From Haliotis rufescens (lineage: Eukaryota), in contig NW_025963797.1 in NCBI RefSeq assembly GCF_023055435.1, forward strand, positions 558,001 to 621,810: a stretch of 63,810 nucleotides of DNA. Reading direction: 5' to 3'. The notes beneath the pieces were generated by a model. The model searched no databases. It saw nothing but the letters and a program-made list of their open reading frames with translations, and was not told the DNA's origin. Of this stretch, positions 1-13,020 are shown piece by piece. Position 1 is the stretch's first letter; every line of letters starts with the position of its first letter. The translations under genes and the position numbers were made by a program.

Positions 1-359
1 TTGATATAACACGTTCCGACAATAACCATGCCCCTATGGTTGATACACCACGTTCCGACAATAATCATGCCCCTATGGTTGAGATAACACTTTGCGACTA
101 TAGTCATGCCCCTATGATTGATAAACCACCTCCCGTCTATAGTCATTCCCCTATGGTTGATTTTAACACGTTCCGACTATAACCATGCCCCTATGGTTGA
201 TATAACACGTTCCGACTATAACCATGCCCCTATGGTTGATATAACACGTTCCGACTATAACCATGCCCCTATGGTTGATATAACACGTTCCGATTATAAC
301 CATGCCCCTATGGTTGATATAACACGTTCCGACTATAACTATGCCTCTGTTGTCGATAT
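1..359. repeat. 39-bp minisatellite, left part (~9 units, runs off the window start)
   Basis: Unit TTGATATAACACGTTCCGACTATAACCATGCCCCTATGG repeats with period 39. Confidence 0.95.
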
Positions 360-775
360 ATAGAGAATCTCACCCTCGTGTCTTTTGATATCAAATATAT
401 CAACACGAGTTGATAAAAGTGGAAAAAATTCGAGTCTTGCCGAGGATTTTTGCCACTTTTATGAACGAGTGTTCATATATTTGATATCAAAAGACACGAG
501 GGTGAGATTTTATTTATAATTCAACATCATTCTTTCAACTTTTTCAATTTGTTTGACAGTAATTAGCAGTGTCTTCAGTGAAAAAAGTACTGAAAACAGC
601 TTCAGTAGCAGAGCCATTAGTGATGTCAATTGATTGTGACGTCATGGTAACCAGTGACGTCACAATGGTCTACAAACCATTGTGATGTAATTTCATTGCA
701 GCGATATCTACAGTGTATATATCGCTTGGATGAGATCAAGCGATATCTCCTGTGGGAGCCAGTTTTGGATGATAA
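360..775. mobile_element. Unclassified non-autonomous DNA element with a long terminal hairpin, inserted in the 39-bp satellite
   Basis: Interrupts a satellite unit between GATAT and AACACG. 366-400 is the exact reverse complement of 475-509, with imperfect pairing inside. No clear TSD. Confidence 0.65.
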
Positions 776-2735
776 AACACGTTCTAACTATAACCATGGC
801 CTTATGGTTGATATAACACGTTCCGACTATAACCATGCCCTTATGGTTGATATAACAGGTTCCCACTGTAACAATGCCTCTATTGTCGATATAACACGTT
901 CCGACTATAACCACGCTCCTATGGTTGATATAACACGTTTCGACTTTAACCATGCTCCTATGGTTGATATAACACGTTCCGACTATAACCATGCTCCTAT
1001 GGTTGATATAACACGTTCCGACTATAACCATGCCCTTATGGTTGATATAACACGTACCGACTATAACCATGCTCCTATGGTTGATATAACACATTCCGAC
1101 TATAACCATGCCCCTATCGTTGATATAACACGTTCCGAGTATAACCATGCTCCTATGGTTGATATAACACGTTTCGACTTTAACCATGCCCCTGTGGTTG
1201 ATATAACACGTTCCGATTATAACGATGCCCCTATGGTTGATATAACACGTTCCGACTATAACAATGCCTCTATTGTCGATATAACACGTTCCGACTATAA
1301 CCATGTCCCTATGGTTGATATAACACGTTCCGACTTTAACCATGCTCCTATGGTTGATATAACACGTTCCGACTATAACCATGCCCCTATGGTTGATATA
1401 ACACGTTCCGACTATAAACATGCTCCTATGGTTGATATAACACCTTCCGACTATAACCATGCCCCTATGGTTGATATAACACGTTTCGACTATAACCATG
1501 CTCCTATGGTTGATATAACAACTTCCGACTATAACCATGCTCCTATGGTTGATATAACACGTTCCGACTATAACCATGCCCCTATGGTTGATATAACACG
1601 TTCCGACTATAACCATGCTCCTATGGTTGATATAACACCTTCCGACTATAACCATGCCCCTATGGTTGATATAACACGTTTCGACTATAACCATGCTCCT
1701 ATGGTTGATATAACAACTTCCGACTATAACCAAGCCCCTATAGTTGAAATAACACGTTCTGACTTTAACCATGACCTTATGGTTGATATAACACGTTCCG
1801 ACTATAACCATGCTCCTATGGTTGATATAACACGTTCCGACTATAACCATGCTCCTATGGTTGATATAACACCTTCCGACTATAACCATACCTCTATGGT
1901 CGATATAACACGTTCCGACTATAACCATGCCCCTATGTTTGATATAACACGTTCCGACTATACTCATGCCCTTATGGTTGATATAACACGTTCCGACTAT
2001 AACCATGCTCCTATGGTACATATAACACGTTCCGACATTAATCATGACCCTATGGTTGATATAACACGTTCCGACTATAACAATGCTCCTATGGTTGATA
2101 TAACACGTTCCGACTATAACCATGCTCCTATGGTTGATATAACACGTTCCGACTTTAACCATGCCCATATGGTTGATATAACACTTTCCGACTATAACCA
2201 TGCCCTTATGGTTGATATACGACGTACCGACTATAACCATGACCCTATGGTTGATATAACACGTTCCGACTATAGCCATGCCCTTATGGTTGATATACGA
2301 CGTACCGACTATAACCATGACCCCATGGTCGATATAACACGTTCCGACTATAACCATGCCCATATGGTTGATATAACACGTTCCGACTATAACCATGCCC
2401 TTATGGTTGATATACAACGTACCGACTATAACCATGACCCTATGGTCGATATAACACGTTCCGACTATAACCATGCCCATATGGTTGATATAACACTTTC
2501 CGACTATATCTATGCCTCTATGGTCGATATAACACGTTCCGACTATAACCATGCCCTTATGGTTGATATACGACGTACCGACTATAACCATGACCCTATG
2601 GTTGATATAACACGTTCCGACTATAACCATGACCCTATGGTCGATATAACACGTTCCGACTATAACCATGCCCTTATGGTTGATATACCACGTACCGACT
2701 ATACTCATGCCCCTATGGTTGGTATAACATATTGT
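776..2735. repeat. 39-bp minisatellite, right part (~50 units)
   Basis: Same unit as 1-359. Produces the spurious ORFs 654..2786 (+) and 708..2747 (-). Confidence 0.95.
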
Positions 2736-3402
2736 GTCTATGCCCAAATCTGTATTGTGATGAAAAACACATTCAGAGGCAAGTGAATAATTAAGTCATA
2801 CCAAACGCAAACGTTCGCGTCTATTCTGAGGGTATGGCTTTTCGAGGACAATGTTGTGCACATTTGATCACGAAATAAGCTCGGATCAGTGATAACTTTT
2901 GGTTGAATAATAAATCGCCCACGTTACCCTCTAAAACGTGTTTACTCGCCTACATGTTTCAGTTTACCAAGTATATATAGATAGGACACACCCAACTGAA
3001 TGTGGAAGGTGCTGTTAGATACATGGAGGGCGTGGCAATATAAACACTGAACACTTGTCAGTGTGAGGCGAAACCACACTGGACACAACTCCCTGCCTAA
3101 TAACAGTGTGTACAAAACACCTACTAATCAAATCAAAAGGAACACTTACTGGGACAGTTCGTAAATCCTAATGCTCCTTCGGTGCAAATTAAGTTCTCGG
3201 TACTCTAATTCCAAGAAACACGAAATATTGTTTCAGGTCAACTTTCTTATCAAAATGATAGGCAACTATGCAGTTAACCGGATGCAGCCGAGCTCTACCA
3301 TCCGCTCAATTACCGCGCTATAGTGCGACCGCTGTCTCGTTTTACCGTTACCGTGCCTCACGCTATGGTGACTCACGATCCAACGCCCGTTTTCTGTCTT
3401 AG

Positions 3403-3568
3403 GGAGTGAGTGAGTATGGTTTTACGCCGCTTTTAGCAATATTCCAGCAATATCATGGCGGGGGACACCAGACATGAGCTTCACACACTGTACCCAGGTC
3501 AGGAATCGAATCTTGGTCTTCGGCGTGACGAGCAAACGCTTTAACCACTGGGCTACCCGTCCGCCCCC
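3403..3568 (-). mobile_element. tRNA-derived SINE, family A ((ACTC)n tail)
   Basis: On - strand: GGGGCGG..GGTAGCCCAGTGGTTAAAGCG (A box), a B-box-like GATTCGATTCC, and tail GCGGCGTAAAACCATACTCACTC. Other copies at 29626, 39654, 58733, 63556. Confidence 0.85.
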
Positions 3569-4740
3569 TGTCTTACACATCTGCACGATCCAACACCCGT
3601 TCTCGATCTTAGGGAAACTTACACATCTTTACGATCCAACACCCGTTCTTAGTCTTTGGGAAACTTACACATCTTTACGATCCAACACCCGTTCTCGCTC
3701 TTAGAGAAACTTACACATCTTGACGATCCAACACCTGTTATTAGTCTTTGGGAAACTTACACATCTTTACGATCCAACACCTGTTCTCTATCTTAGAGAA
3801 ACTTACACATATTTACGATCCAACACCCGTTCTCGATCTTAGGGAAACTTTTACATATTTACTATGCAACAACCGTTCTCGTTCTTAGGGAAACTAACAC
3901 ATCTTTACGATCAAACACCCGTTCTCGATCTTAGGGAAACTTACACATCTTTACGATCCAACACCCGTTATTAGTCTTTGGGAAACCTACACATCTTTAC
4001 GATCCAACACCTGTTCTTAGTCTTTGGGAAACTTACACATCTTAAAGATCCAACACCCGTTCTTAGTCTTTGGGAAACTAACGAATATTTACGATCCAAC
4101 ACCCGTTCTCGATCTTAGGGAAACTTACACATATTTACGATCCAACACCCGTTTTATGAATTTCAACACTGCCAATTAGAAATGGGCTTCACACACTGTA
4201 CCCAGGTCAGGAATCGAACCTGGGTCTTCGGCGTGACGAGCAAACGCTTTAACCACTGGGCTACCCGTCCGCCCCCTGTCTTACACATCTGCACGATCCA
4301 ACACCCGTTCTCGATCTTAGGGAAACTTACACATATTTACGATCCAACACCCGTTTTATGATTTTCAACACTGCCAATTAGAAAAGGGCTTCACACACTG
4401 TACCCAGGTCAGGAATCGAACCTGGGTCTTCGGCGTGACGAGCGAACGCTTTAACCACTGGGCTACCCGTCCGCCCCCTGTCTTACACATCTGCACGATC
4501 CAACACCCGTTCCCGATCTTAGGGAAACTTACACATCTTTACGATCCAACACCCGTTCTTAGTCTTTGGGAAACTTACACATCTTTACGATCAAGCACTT
4601 GTTCTCGGCCTTTGAGAAACTTACACATCTTTATGATCTAACACCCGTTCTCGATCTTAGAGAAACTTACACATATTTACGATCCAACACCCGTTTTATG
4701 ATTTTCAACACTGCCCATTAGAAATGGGCTTCACACATGG
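3569..4740. repeat. 46-bp minisatellite containing two re-amplified SINE-A heads (~4180-4277, ~4381-4478)
   Basis: Unit GGGAAACTTACACATCTTTACGATCCAACACCCGTTCTCGATCTTA. SINE head plus satellite recur about 202 bp apart. Confidence 0.85.
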
Positions 4741-5075
4741 GCTTTATACAGGGAATACCTTATCAGGGTTACATCTCTTCGGCGTTAGGCAACAAACAGA
4801 AACTTACTTTTACTGGTAGAGGAGTGCATGCTTTCCTTTACCCGCAAACACCTTGTGCCTAAACTGATGTTCAGTGATCAACCAATATTTTGCCCTTGAC
4901 GCTCAATAAAGTCTGTCTTGACATGTAATAGAGACTGACTTTTCTCCGGCATTGTCGGTTTATATTCACAGCATGGAGTAGACAAATGTGCTCACAATCA
5001 GTAGCGTGAACGATCACTATATAGACATAAAGGCAATGCATTATGTCGACAATAAACCTCTTTAGCCTGCCTTTC

Positions 5076-6509
5076 AAACAGGAGTTCATTACAAGGCTCA
5101 AACAAAATGAACTATATGCCAGTGTCCTCCTTATGTCTGGTCCACGCCTTGGAGTTTGATTGTCTTATGTGTGTAAACTCTGCGTAGAGAGTCTCTCATT
5201 ACACCTGAACGTGATTCTACTGCTGTATTGTATGTCTCTCTATGTGTGTATACTCTGCGTAGAGTGTCTCTCATTACACCTGAACGTGATTCTACTGCTG
5301 TATTGTATGTCTCTCTATGTAAACAGACTGAAATACATCATCGGTTTGTCTGCCTGAGGGAAGTACCTCTGTACTGCCAATTTCGACTATGTAGATGGCA
5401 CATTTGTGCCCTACTTGCTGTCCCCAACAATCTACCCGAGTCCCTTGATACTGTGACAATCTACCAGAGTCCCCTGATACTGTGAGAATCTACCCGAGTC
5501 CCCTGATGCTGTGACAATCTACCCGAGGGCCCCTGATACTGTGACAATATACCCGAGTCCCCTGATACTGTGACAATCTACCCGAGGCCCCTGATGCTGT
5601 GACAATCTACCCGAGCCCCCTGATACTGTGACAATCTACCCGAGCCCCCTGATACTGTGACAATCTACCCGAACCCCCTGATGCTGTGACAATCTACCCG
5701 AGCCCCCTGATACTGTGACAATATACCCGAGGCCCCTGATCCTGTGACAATCTACCTGAGCCCCCTGATACTGTGACAATCTACCCGAACCCCCTGATGC
5801 TGTGACAATCTACCCGAGCCCCCTGATACTGTGACATTCTACCCGAGTTCCCTGATGCTGTGACAATCTACCCGAGCCCCCTGATCCTGTGACAATCTAC
5901 CCGAGTCTCTTGATACTTTGAAAATCTACCCGAGCCCCCTGATGCAGTGACAATCTACCCGAGTCTCCTGATACTTTGAGAATATACCCGAGTCGCCTGA
6001 TGCTGTGACAATCTACCGGAGTCTCCTGATGCAGTGACAATCTACCCGAGCCCCCTGATCCTGTGACAATCTACCCTAGTCTCCTGATACTTTGAGAATC
6101 TACCCGAGCCCCCTGATGCAGTGACAATGTACCCGAGTCCCCTGATGCTGTGACAATCTACCGGAGTCCCCTGATGCAGTGACAATCTACCTGAGCCCCC
6201 TGATGCTGTGACAATCTACCCTAGTTCCCTGATGCTGTGACAATCTACCCGAGCCCCCTGATCCTGTGACAATCTACCGGAGTCTCCTTATACTGTGAGA
6301 ATCTACCCGAGCCCCCTGATGCAGTGACAATCTACCCGAGTCCCCTGATGCTGTGACAATCTACCGGAGTCTCCTGATGCAGTGACAATCTACCCGAGCC
6401 CCCTGATGCTGTGACAATCTACCCGAGTCCCCTGATACTGTGACAATCTACTCAATGCTGTCTAATACCATGGCTGAAGTGCAGGCAAACATATCCGCAG
6501 TGTCCCACT
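5076..6509. repeat. Local duplication copy 1, including a 29-bp minisatellite (~5425-6452, ~35 units)
   Basis: Near-identical to 6945-7650 (ORF pair 5160/7029, offset 1869). Unit TGTGACAATCTACCCGAGTCCCCTGATAC. Confidence 0.9.
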
Positions 6510-6549
6510 ACACGTAACAATAACAATTACCACATTTATGCATATTTAT

Positions 6550-6845
6550 TAAAACTGCATCAATCACATATATGTATATCTATCATGACTCCATTAATCA
6601 CATATATGTATATCTATCATGACTCCATTAATCACATGTATGTATATTTATTATAACTGTGTTAATCACATATATGTATATCTATCATAACTCCATAAAT
6701 CACATATATGTATATTTATCATAACTCCCTAAAGCACATGTATATTTACCATAACTCCATTAATCACATGTATGTATATCTATCATAACTCCATAAATCA
6801 CTTGTATATTTATCACAACTCTATTAATCACATATATGTATATTC
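6550..6845. repeat. AT-rich ~34-bp tandem repeat
   Basis: Repeated CCATTAATCACATATATGTATATCTATCATGACT. Confidence 0.8.
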
Positions 6846-6944
6846 ATTAAAGCAATATTCATCTTGATCATTCATATGTATATATGTCCTATCGCCGATT
6901 GATTTAAAAAAGCCAAATATATATATTAACGCTATTTCCCTTAC

Positions 6945-7650
6945 AAACAGCAGTTCCTTACAAGGCTCAAACAAAATGAACTATATGCCAGTGTCCTCCT
7001 TATGTCTGGTCCACGCCTTGGAGTTTGATTGTTTTATGTGTGTAAACTCTGCGTAGAGGGTCTCTCATTACACCTGAACGTGATTCTACTGCTGTATTGT
7101 ATGTCTCTCTATGTGTGTATACTCTGCGTAGAGTGTCTCTCATTACACCTGAACGTGATTCTACTGCTGTATTGTATGTCTCTCTATGTAAACAGACTGA
7201 AATACATCATCGGTTTGTCTGCCTGAGGGAAGTACCTCTGTACAGCCAATTTCGACTATGTAGATGGCACATTTGTGCCCTACTTGCTGTCCCCAACAAT
7301 CTACCCGAGTCCCTTGATACTGTGACAATCTACCAGAGTCCCCTGATACTGTGAGAATCTACCCGAGTCCCCTGATGCTGTGACAATCTACCCGAGTCCC
7401 CTGATACTGTGACAATGTACCCGAGTCCCCTGGTACTGTGACAATCTACCCGAGGCCCCTGATGCTGTGACAATCTACCCGAGCCCCCTGATACTGTGAC
7501 AATCTACCCGAGCCCCCTGATACTGTGACAATCTACCCGAACCCCCTGATGCTGTGACAATCTACCCGAGTCCCCTGATACTGTGACAATCTACTCAATG
7601 CTGTCTAATACCATGGCTGAAGTGCAGGCAAACATATCCGCAGTGTCCCA
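6945..7650. repeat. Local duplication copy 2, with a shorter 29-bp array (~10 units)
   Basis: Same flanks as copy 1 on both sides of the 29-bp array. Confidence 0.9.
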
Positions 7651-8317
7651 CTGTCATAACACTATTTCCCATACAACGTGCCTGTACATCTGTCATAACA
7701 CTATTTCCCTTTCGACGTGTTTGTACATTTGCCATAACAATTTATTCCATTACGACGTGTTTGTATACCTGTCATAACACTATTTCCCTTACGACGTGCC
7801 TGTACATTGCTCATAACGCTATTTCCCTTACGACGTGCCTGTACATCTGTCATAACACTATTTCCCATACGACGTGTTTGTATACCTGTCATAACACTAT
7901 TTCCCTTTCGACGTGCCTGTACATTGCTCATAACACTATTTCCCATACGACGTGCCTGTACATCTGTCATAACACTATTTCCCATACGACGTGTTTGTAT
8001 ATCTGTCATAACACTATTTCCCTTACGACGTGTTTGTATACCTGTCATAACACTATTTCCCTTTCGACGTGCCTGTACATCTGTCATAACACTATTTTCC
8101 ATACGACGTGCCTGTACATTGCTCATAACACTATTTCCCTTACGACGTGCCTGTACATCTGTCATAACACTATTTCCCATACGACGTGTTTGTATATCTG
8201 TCATAAAATTATTTCCCTTACAACGTGTTTGTATATTTGTCATAACGCTATTTCCCATACCATCTGTTTGTATATCTGTCATAACACTATTTCCCTTACG
8301 ACGTGTTTGTATATCTG
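7651..8317. repeat. 39-bp minisatellite (second family, ~17 units)
   Basis: Unit CTGTCATAACACTATTTCCCATACGACGTGCCTGTACAT. Confidence 0.95.
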
Positions 8318-8319
8318 CT

Positions 8320-8545
8320 TGTCTGGACCATGCAATCCAGTGATTCACATGATTTTGTTAGTTGTTGAACGCCGCACTCGGCATTGTTCAAGCAATATCA
8401 CGTCGGAATCACGACCTCATGAGCATCAGTCTACGTAATTGGGATACGATGACACGCATCAACCAAGTCAGGGAGACTGACAAACCGACCCCGTTAGATA
8501 AGCATTGGATGCTGAAGATCGATTTTAACCCGGATCTTCACGGGT
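8320..8545 (-). mobile_element. SINE family B (non-tRNA head), degenerate
   Basis: Reverse complement of GACCCGTGAAGATCCGGGTTA... and body shared with 11006-11281. Confidence 0.7.
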
Positions 8546-9433
8546 GCTATAAATAGTGTGTCAGTCAAACCTCTCTGACTTCCTTGATACGTGTTTTCAT
8601 GACTTAATATCAATATATCTAATTCAGGAAGAACACGAGTGACACCTAAATTCTACATTGTGTTGATGTGTGATCTGGCGTGTCAGCAATACAAGTACGT
8701 TTTCCTCGTGGAGTATAATTCATTTTTCACACAACCAATTTGAAATATTGAGTGTTTATTCCAATCACTCCTGTCATACACTGGCTGGTGAGCATCCGTT
8801 TACTACACTTATGTTTACTGATCACGATACACAAAGTAGATACAAGTCTGACTAACCAACACAACGTGATGTCATCATTAATATCTTCCGTATCATGGTC
8901 AGAGATTACCCCAGTGACCAGCTCGCTTGGCTACAACCAGACCGGTGTTACTCTAATAAGCGCCTTGTGATATATTGTTTCAACAGCTCTGAGGTTGTTG
9001 GGTTTTTGACATCCTGGAGACTGTTTGAGAAAAAAGCGACGAGAAGATCCGGGCTAGAATAGGTCTTCAGCAACCTATGCTTGCCGTAAAAGGCGACTAT
9101 GCTTGTAAAACAACCAACCAAAGTACAGTAAACTTACTGAGTGAGTAAGTGTGGTTTTAAGCCGCTTTAAGCAATATTCCAGCTCCACACATTGCACTCA
9201 TGTCGGGAAGCGAACCCGTGTCTTCGGCGTGATCAGAGGACGCTTGAACCACTAGGCTACCGGGCCGCCTCGCGTACAGTAAAACACTGCAGGAGAATAA
9301 ACCATGTGGGGTGCAGCCCCGAGTGACTTAGTCTCCAATTAACAACGACCACGAGTCGTTTATTTCTTATATGAGATATCCACATCATGTACAGCCTCTT
9401 TAAGGATTTTGATAAATTAACAAGCTTAACAAA

Positions 9434-10970
9434 TATAACCCCCTGTTTAAAAAAATGATGACACAATCAATTATATCCGATTTCGGCAACGTCGGACAAA
9501 TCCATTATGCACAGGTGGCATTTCCCGCATATTTTCACAATCCTCATGTCCGTCACTGTACATGTAGGTGCTGTAGCATCTCACCCAAGACATTTACTTT
9601 GTAGTAGACGTCTGGAGAAACAGACGGTCATGGCAGTACAACAATGTTATGCTGACTCAAACAGTCTGTTTCAACACGTTCCCAGTTGAGGCGTGCATTA
9701 TCAAGCTGCAACGTGACATTAAGTCTCTCAATTTGCACAATTGGTAAAACATGATCTCGAACCATCTGGTCGTGGTAGCTTACACAATTCAATTTGCCAT
9801 TAACAATGATTTGTGTTCTCCCATGCGAAGTGATTCCATCCCATACCATTGCACCTCCACCCCCTAACCGACGCCATAACGCAAATGTTGCAAAAACGTT
9901 CTCCGAGACGTCCATTGACCCTTGCAGGACCATCATGAAACCTGGTTACATCCATGACGATTATACTGTCCCAGCCTTGTTCTGCCAGTGGGCTCAACCC
10001 ACTAATTGTCCGAACTTTTAATGTCGAAGTTTGATATTGATTCCGTAAATGCACAAACCGAACATGGATGTCTTTGTGACGTGACGTCACACGTGGACGA
10101 CCGGCCCGTGGCATGTCTTGAGACTCGCCCTGCTGTAGATAACATCTCCAAATAGATAATATTATGTTCAATGAACATCAACATTTCTGGCAACTTCGTT
10201 GTGCGGAAATCCTGGTTGCAGCATACTGACGGCGGATAGATGTTGATTTTCAGCAAGGCATGACATTGCAAAAGCCTTATTTCCAGTTAAAACTTTTTTT
10301 TTTAGGAACACCTGATAGCTAAAAACTGCTGTTCATAGATCCACGTGTTTAAGTAGCATGTCTCCCATAAACAGGCAAACATTCAAATTGTTGGCTGTTC
10401 ATTAAAATGCACGTGGAAATTGTGAATTAGGACATCAAGCCGAGGAGATGCCTGTAGACTCTTGCTCAACCATGAGAGCTGTTCAGATGAATCCTGGGCT
10501 CATCAGTGAACAGTATTCTGTCCTAGTCTTGCCTGAACCTCAGAAAGCGGATCGCTGGACGCAGGGACGGAGTTTGTGCTCCCTCGACTTGTTGCGTACG
10601 ATTCTACCACTAATTGGTCTCTACCCCAGATATTTTCCGAGCTGTTAATGTGGAAGCATGGTATCGATTCTATGGATACACTGACATAATATGGTCGTTT
10701 TCTTGACGTTGCATTAAACGTGGACGATTGTCCCGAGCAGGTTATATGTGTTGTCAGCTGTAGATAACGTCTCCAAAGATATAAGATCAATAGGATAGGA
10801 TTTATAAATCTATCTATCGGATAGTTAGATATGAAGGTACAAGATACTGATAACTGGATCATAAAGCAAATTGTACAGACACAATTAAATTAGCTTTGGC
10901 TTATATTGACTTTTTTTTTATAATAACATGGAATATTGTGTTTCAAGTGGAATTGTCATTCTTTTTCACG
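9434..10970 (-). mobile_element. Degenerate Tc1/mariner DNA transposon fragments
   Basis: Minus-strand translations: PRAGRPRVTS (GRPR motif), GGGAMVWDGITSHGRT, LQLDNAR (second catalytic D), ILFTDEPRIH (first D, second fragment near 10490-10520). Frameshifted. Boundaries approximate. Confidence 0.8.
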
Positions 10971-11005
10971 AGACAAATTGGAATTTCGACGAATTACCTC
11001 ATGTG

Positions 11006-11281
11006 CGACCCGTAAAGATTACGGGGTAGAATAGGTCTTCAGAAACCCATACTTGCTGTAACAGACGACTATGCTTGTCGTAAAAGGCGACTAACAGGAT
11101 CAGGTGGTCAGACTCGCTGACTTGGTTCATACATGTCATCGATCCCAAATTGCGTGGATCGATGCTCATGATGTCAATCACTGAAATGTTTGGTCCAGAA
11201 TCGATTATTTTACAGACCGCCGTCATATGGCTGTAATATTGCTGAGTTTGGCGTTAAACAACAGTCAAACAAACAAACAAA
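11006..11281 (+). mobile_element. SINE family B, full length, with 10-bp TSD ACCTCATGTG
   Basis: TSD at 10996-11005 and 11282-11291. (AAAC)n tail preceded by AATATTGCTGAGTTTGGCGTTAAAC. Confidence 0.85.
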
Positions 11282-11536
11282 ACCTCATGTGAACACAATA
11301 GGGCGATGGAGTTCCGTATTGGAGATGTGCGTATTATGGCCTCTTTAACATACAAGTATGTCGTGAGCGTACTTGTAAAGATGTATGTCTTTGTTTATCT
11401 AAGTTATTAATAAAGGTTACGCCATATCTTTTAACACCTAGGTCATTCGGCCATGGCGCTGCACTTTTACTCAGTGCGGCGTAAAACAACAAACATACTG
11501 AACTAAACATCACTGGTCGTGCAGCCTTCTATGTGT

Positions 11537-13020
11537 AACTCTTAATCTACCTCCTCCAGTCTGTGTATCTACAACCCACTCCGCTCATCAACCCAGCAAG
11601 CAGGAGCCCGTCATGACTCTTAATCTACCTCCTCCAGTCTGTCTATCTACAACCCACTCCGCTCATCAACCCAGGAAGCGAGAGCCCGTCATCACTCGTA
11701 ATCTACCTCCTCCAGTCTGTCTAACTACTACCCACTCCGCTCGTCAACCCAGGAAGCGAGAGCCCGTCATGAATCTTAATCTACCTCCTCCAGTCTGTCT
11801 ATCTACTACCCACTCCGCTCGTCAACCCAGCAAGCGAGAGCCCGTCATGACTCTTAATCTACCTCCTCCAGTCTGTCTATCTACTACCCACTCCGCTCAT
11901 CAACCCAGCAAGCGAGAGCCCGTCATGACTCTTAATCTACCTCATCCAGTCTGTCTATCTACTCCCCACTCCGCTCGTCAACCCAGCTAGCGAGAGCCCG
12001 TCATGACTCTTAATCTACCTCATCCAGTCTGTCTATCTACTACCCACTCCGCTCGTCAACCCAGCAAGCGAGAGCCCGTCATGACTCTTAATCTACCTCA
12101 TCCAGTCTGTCTATCTAATACCCACTCCGCTCGTCAACCCAGCTAGCGAGAGCCCGTCATGACTCTTAATCTACCTCATCCAGTCTGTCTATCTACTACC
12201 CACTCCGCTCGTCAACCCAGCAAGCGAGAGCCCGTCATGACTCTTAATCTACCTCATCCAGTCTGTCTATCTAATACCCACTCCGCTCGTCAACCCAGCT
12301 AGCGAGAGCCCGTCATGACTCTTAATCTACCTCATCCAGTCTGTCTATCTACTACCCACTCCGCTCGTCAACCCAGCAAGCGAGAGCCCGTCATGACTCT
12401 TAATCTACCTCATCCAGTCTGTCTATCTAATACCCACTCCGCTCGTCAACCCAGCAAGCGAGAGCCCGTCATGACTCTTAATCTACCTCATCTAGTCTGT
12501 CTATCTAATACCCACTCCGCTCATCAACCCAGCAAGCGAGAGCCCGTCATGACTCTTAATCTACCTCATCCAGTCTGTCTATCTATTACCCACTCCGCTC
12601 ATCAACCCAGCAAGCGAGAGCCCGTCATGACTCTTAATCTACCTCATCTAGTCTGTCTATCTAATACCCACTCCGCTCGTCAACCCAGCAAGCAAGGGCC
12701 CGTCGTGAATCTTAATCTACCTCCTCCAGTCTGTCTAACTACTACCCACTCCGCTCGTCAACCCAGCAAGCGAGAGCCCGTCATGACTCTTAATCTACCT
12801 CATCCAGTCTGTCTATCTATTACCCACTCCGCTCATCAACCCAGCAAGCGAGAGCCCGTCATGACTCTTAATCTACCTCATCCAGTCTGTCTATCTATTA
12901 CCCACACCGCTCATCAACCCAGCAAGCGAGAGCCCGTCGTGACTCTTAATCTACCTCATCCAGTCTGTCTATCTATTACCCACACCGCTCATCAACCCAG
13001 CAAGCGAGAGCCCGCCATGA
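11537..13020. repeat. 78-bp minisatellite (~19 units)
   Basis: Unit ATGACTCTTAATCTACCTCATCCAGTCTGTCTATCT...CCCAGCAAGCGAGAGCCCGTC. Some units carry in-frame TAG. Confidence 0.95.

Noticed and set aside
654-2786. 710-aa (+) and 679-aa (-) ORFs
   Set aside because: Translations of a 39-bp satellite that is open on both strands. The 5' part lies in an inserted element and there is no gene context.
3403-3568. tRNA genes
   Set aside because: The A/B boxes belong to multi-copy SINE heads with tails and TSDs; no complete cloverleaf.
7701-8438. Cys/His-rich repeat ORFs (225, 215, 178 aa)
   Set aside because: 39-bp minisatellite open in several frames.
1-13020. Regular arrays as possible CRISPR
   Set aside because: Head-to-tail units with no unique spacers, no cas genes, and a eukaryotic context.
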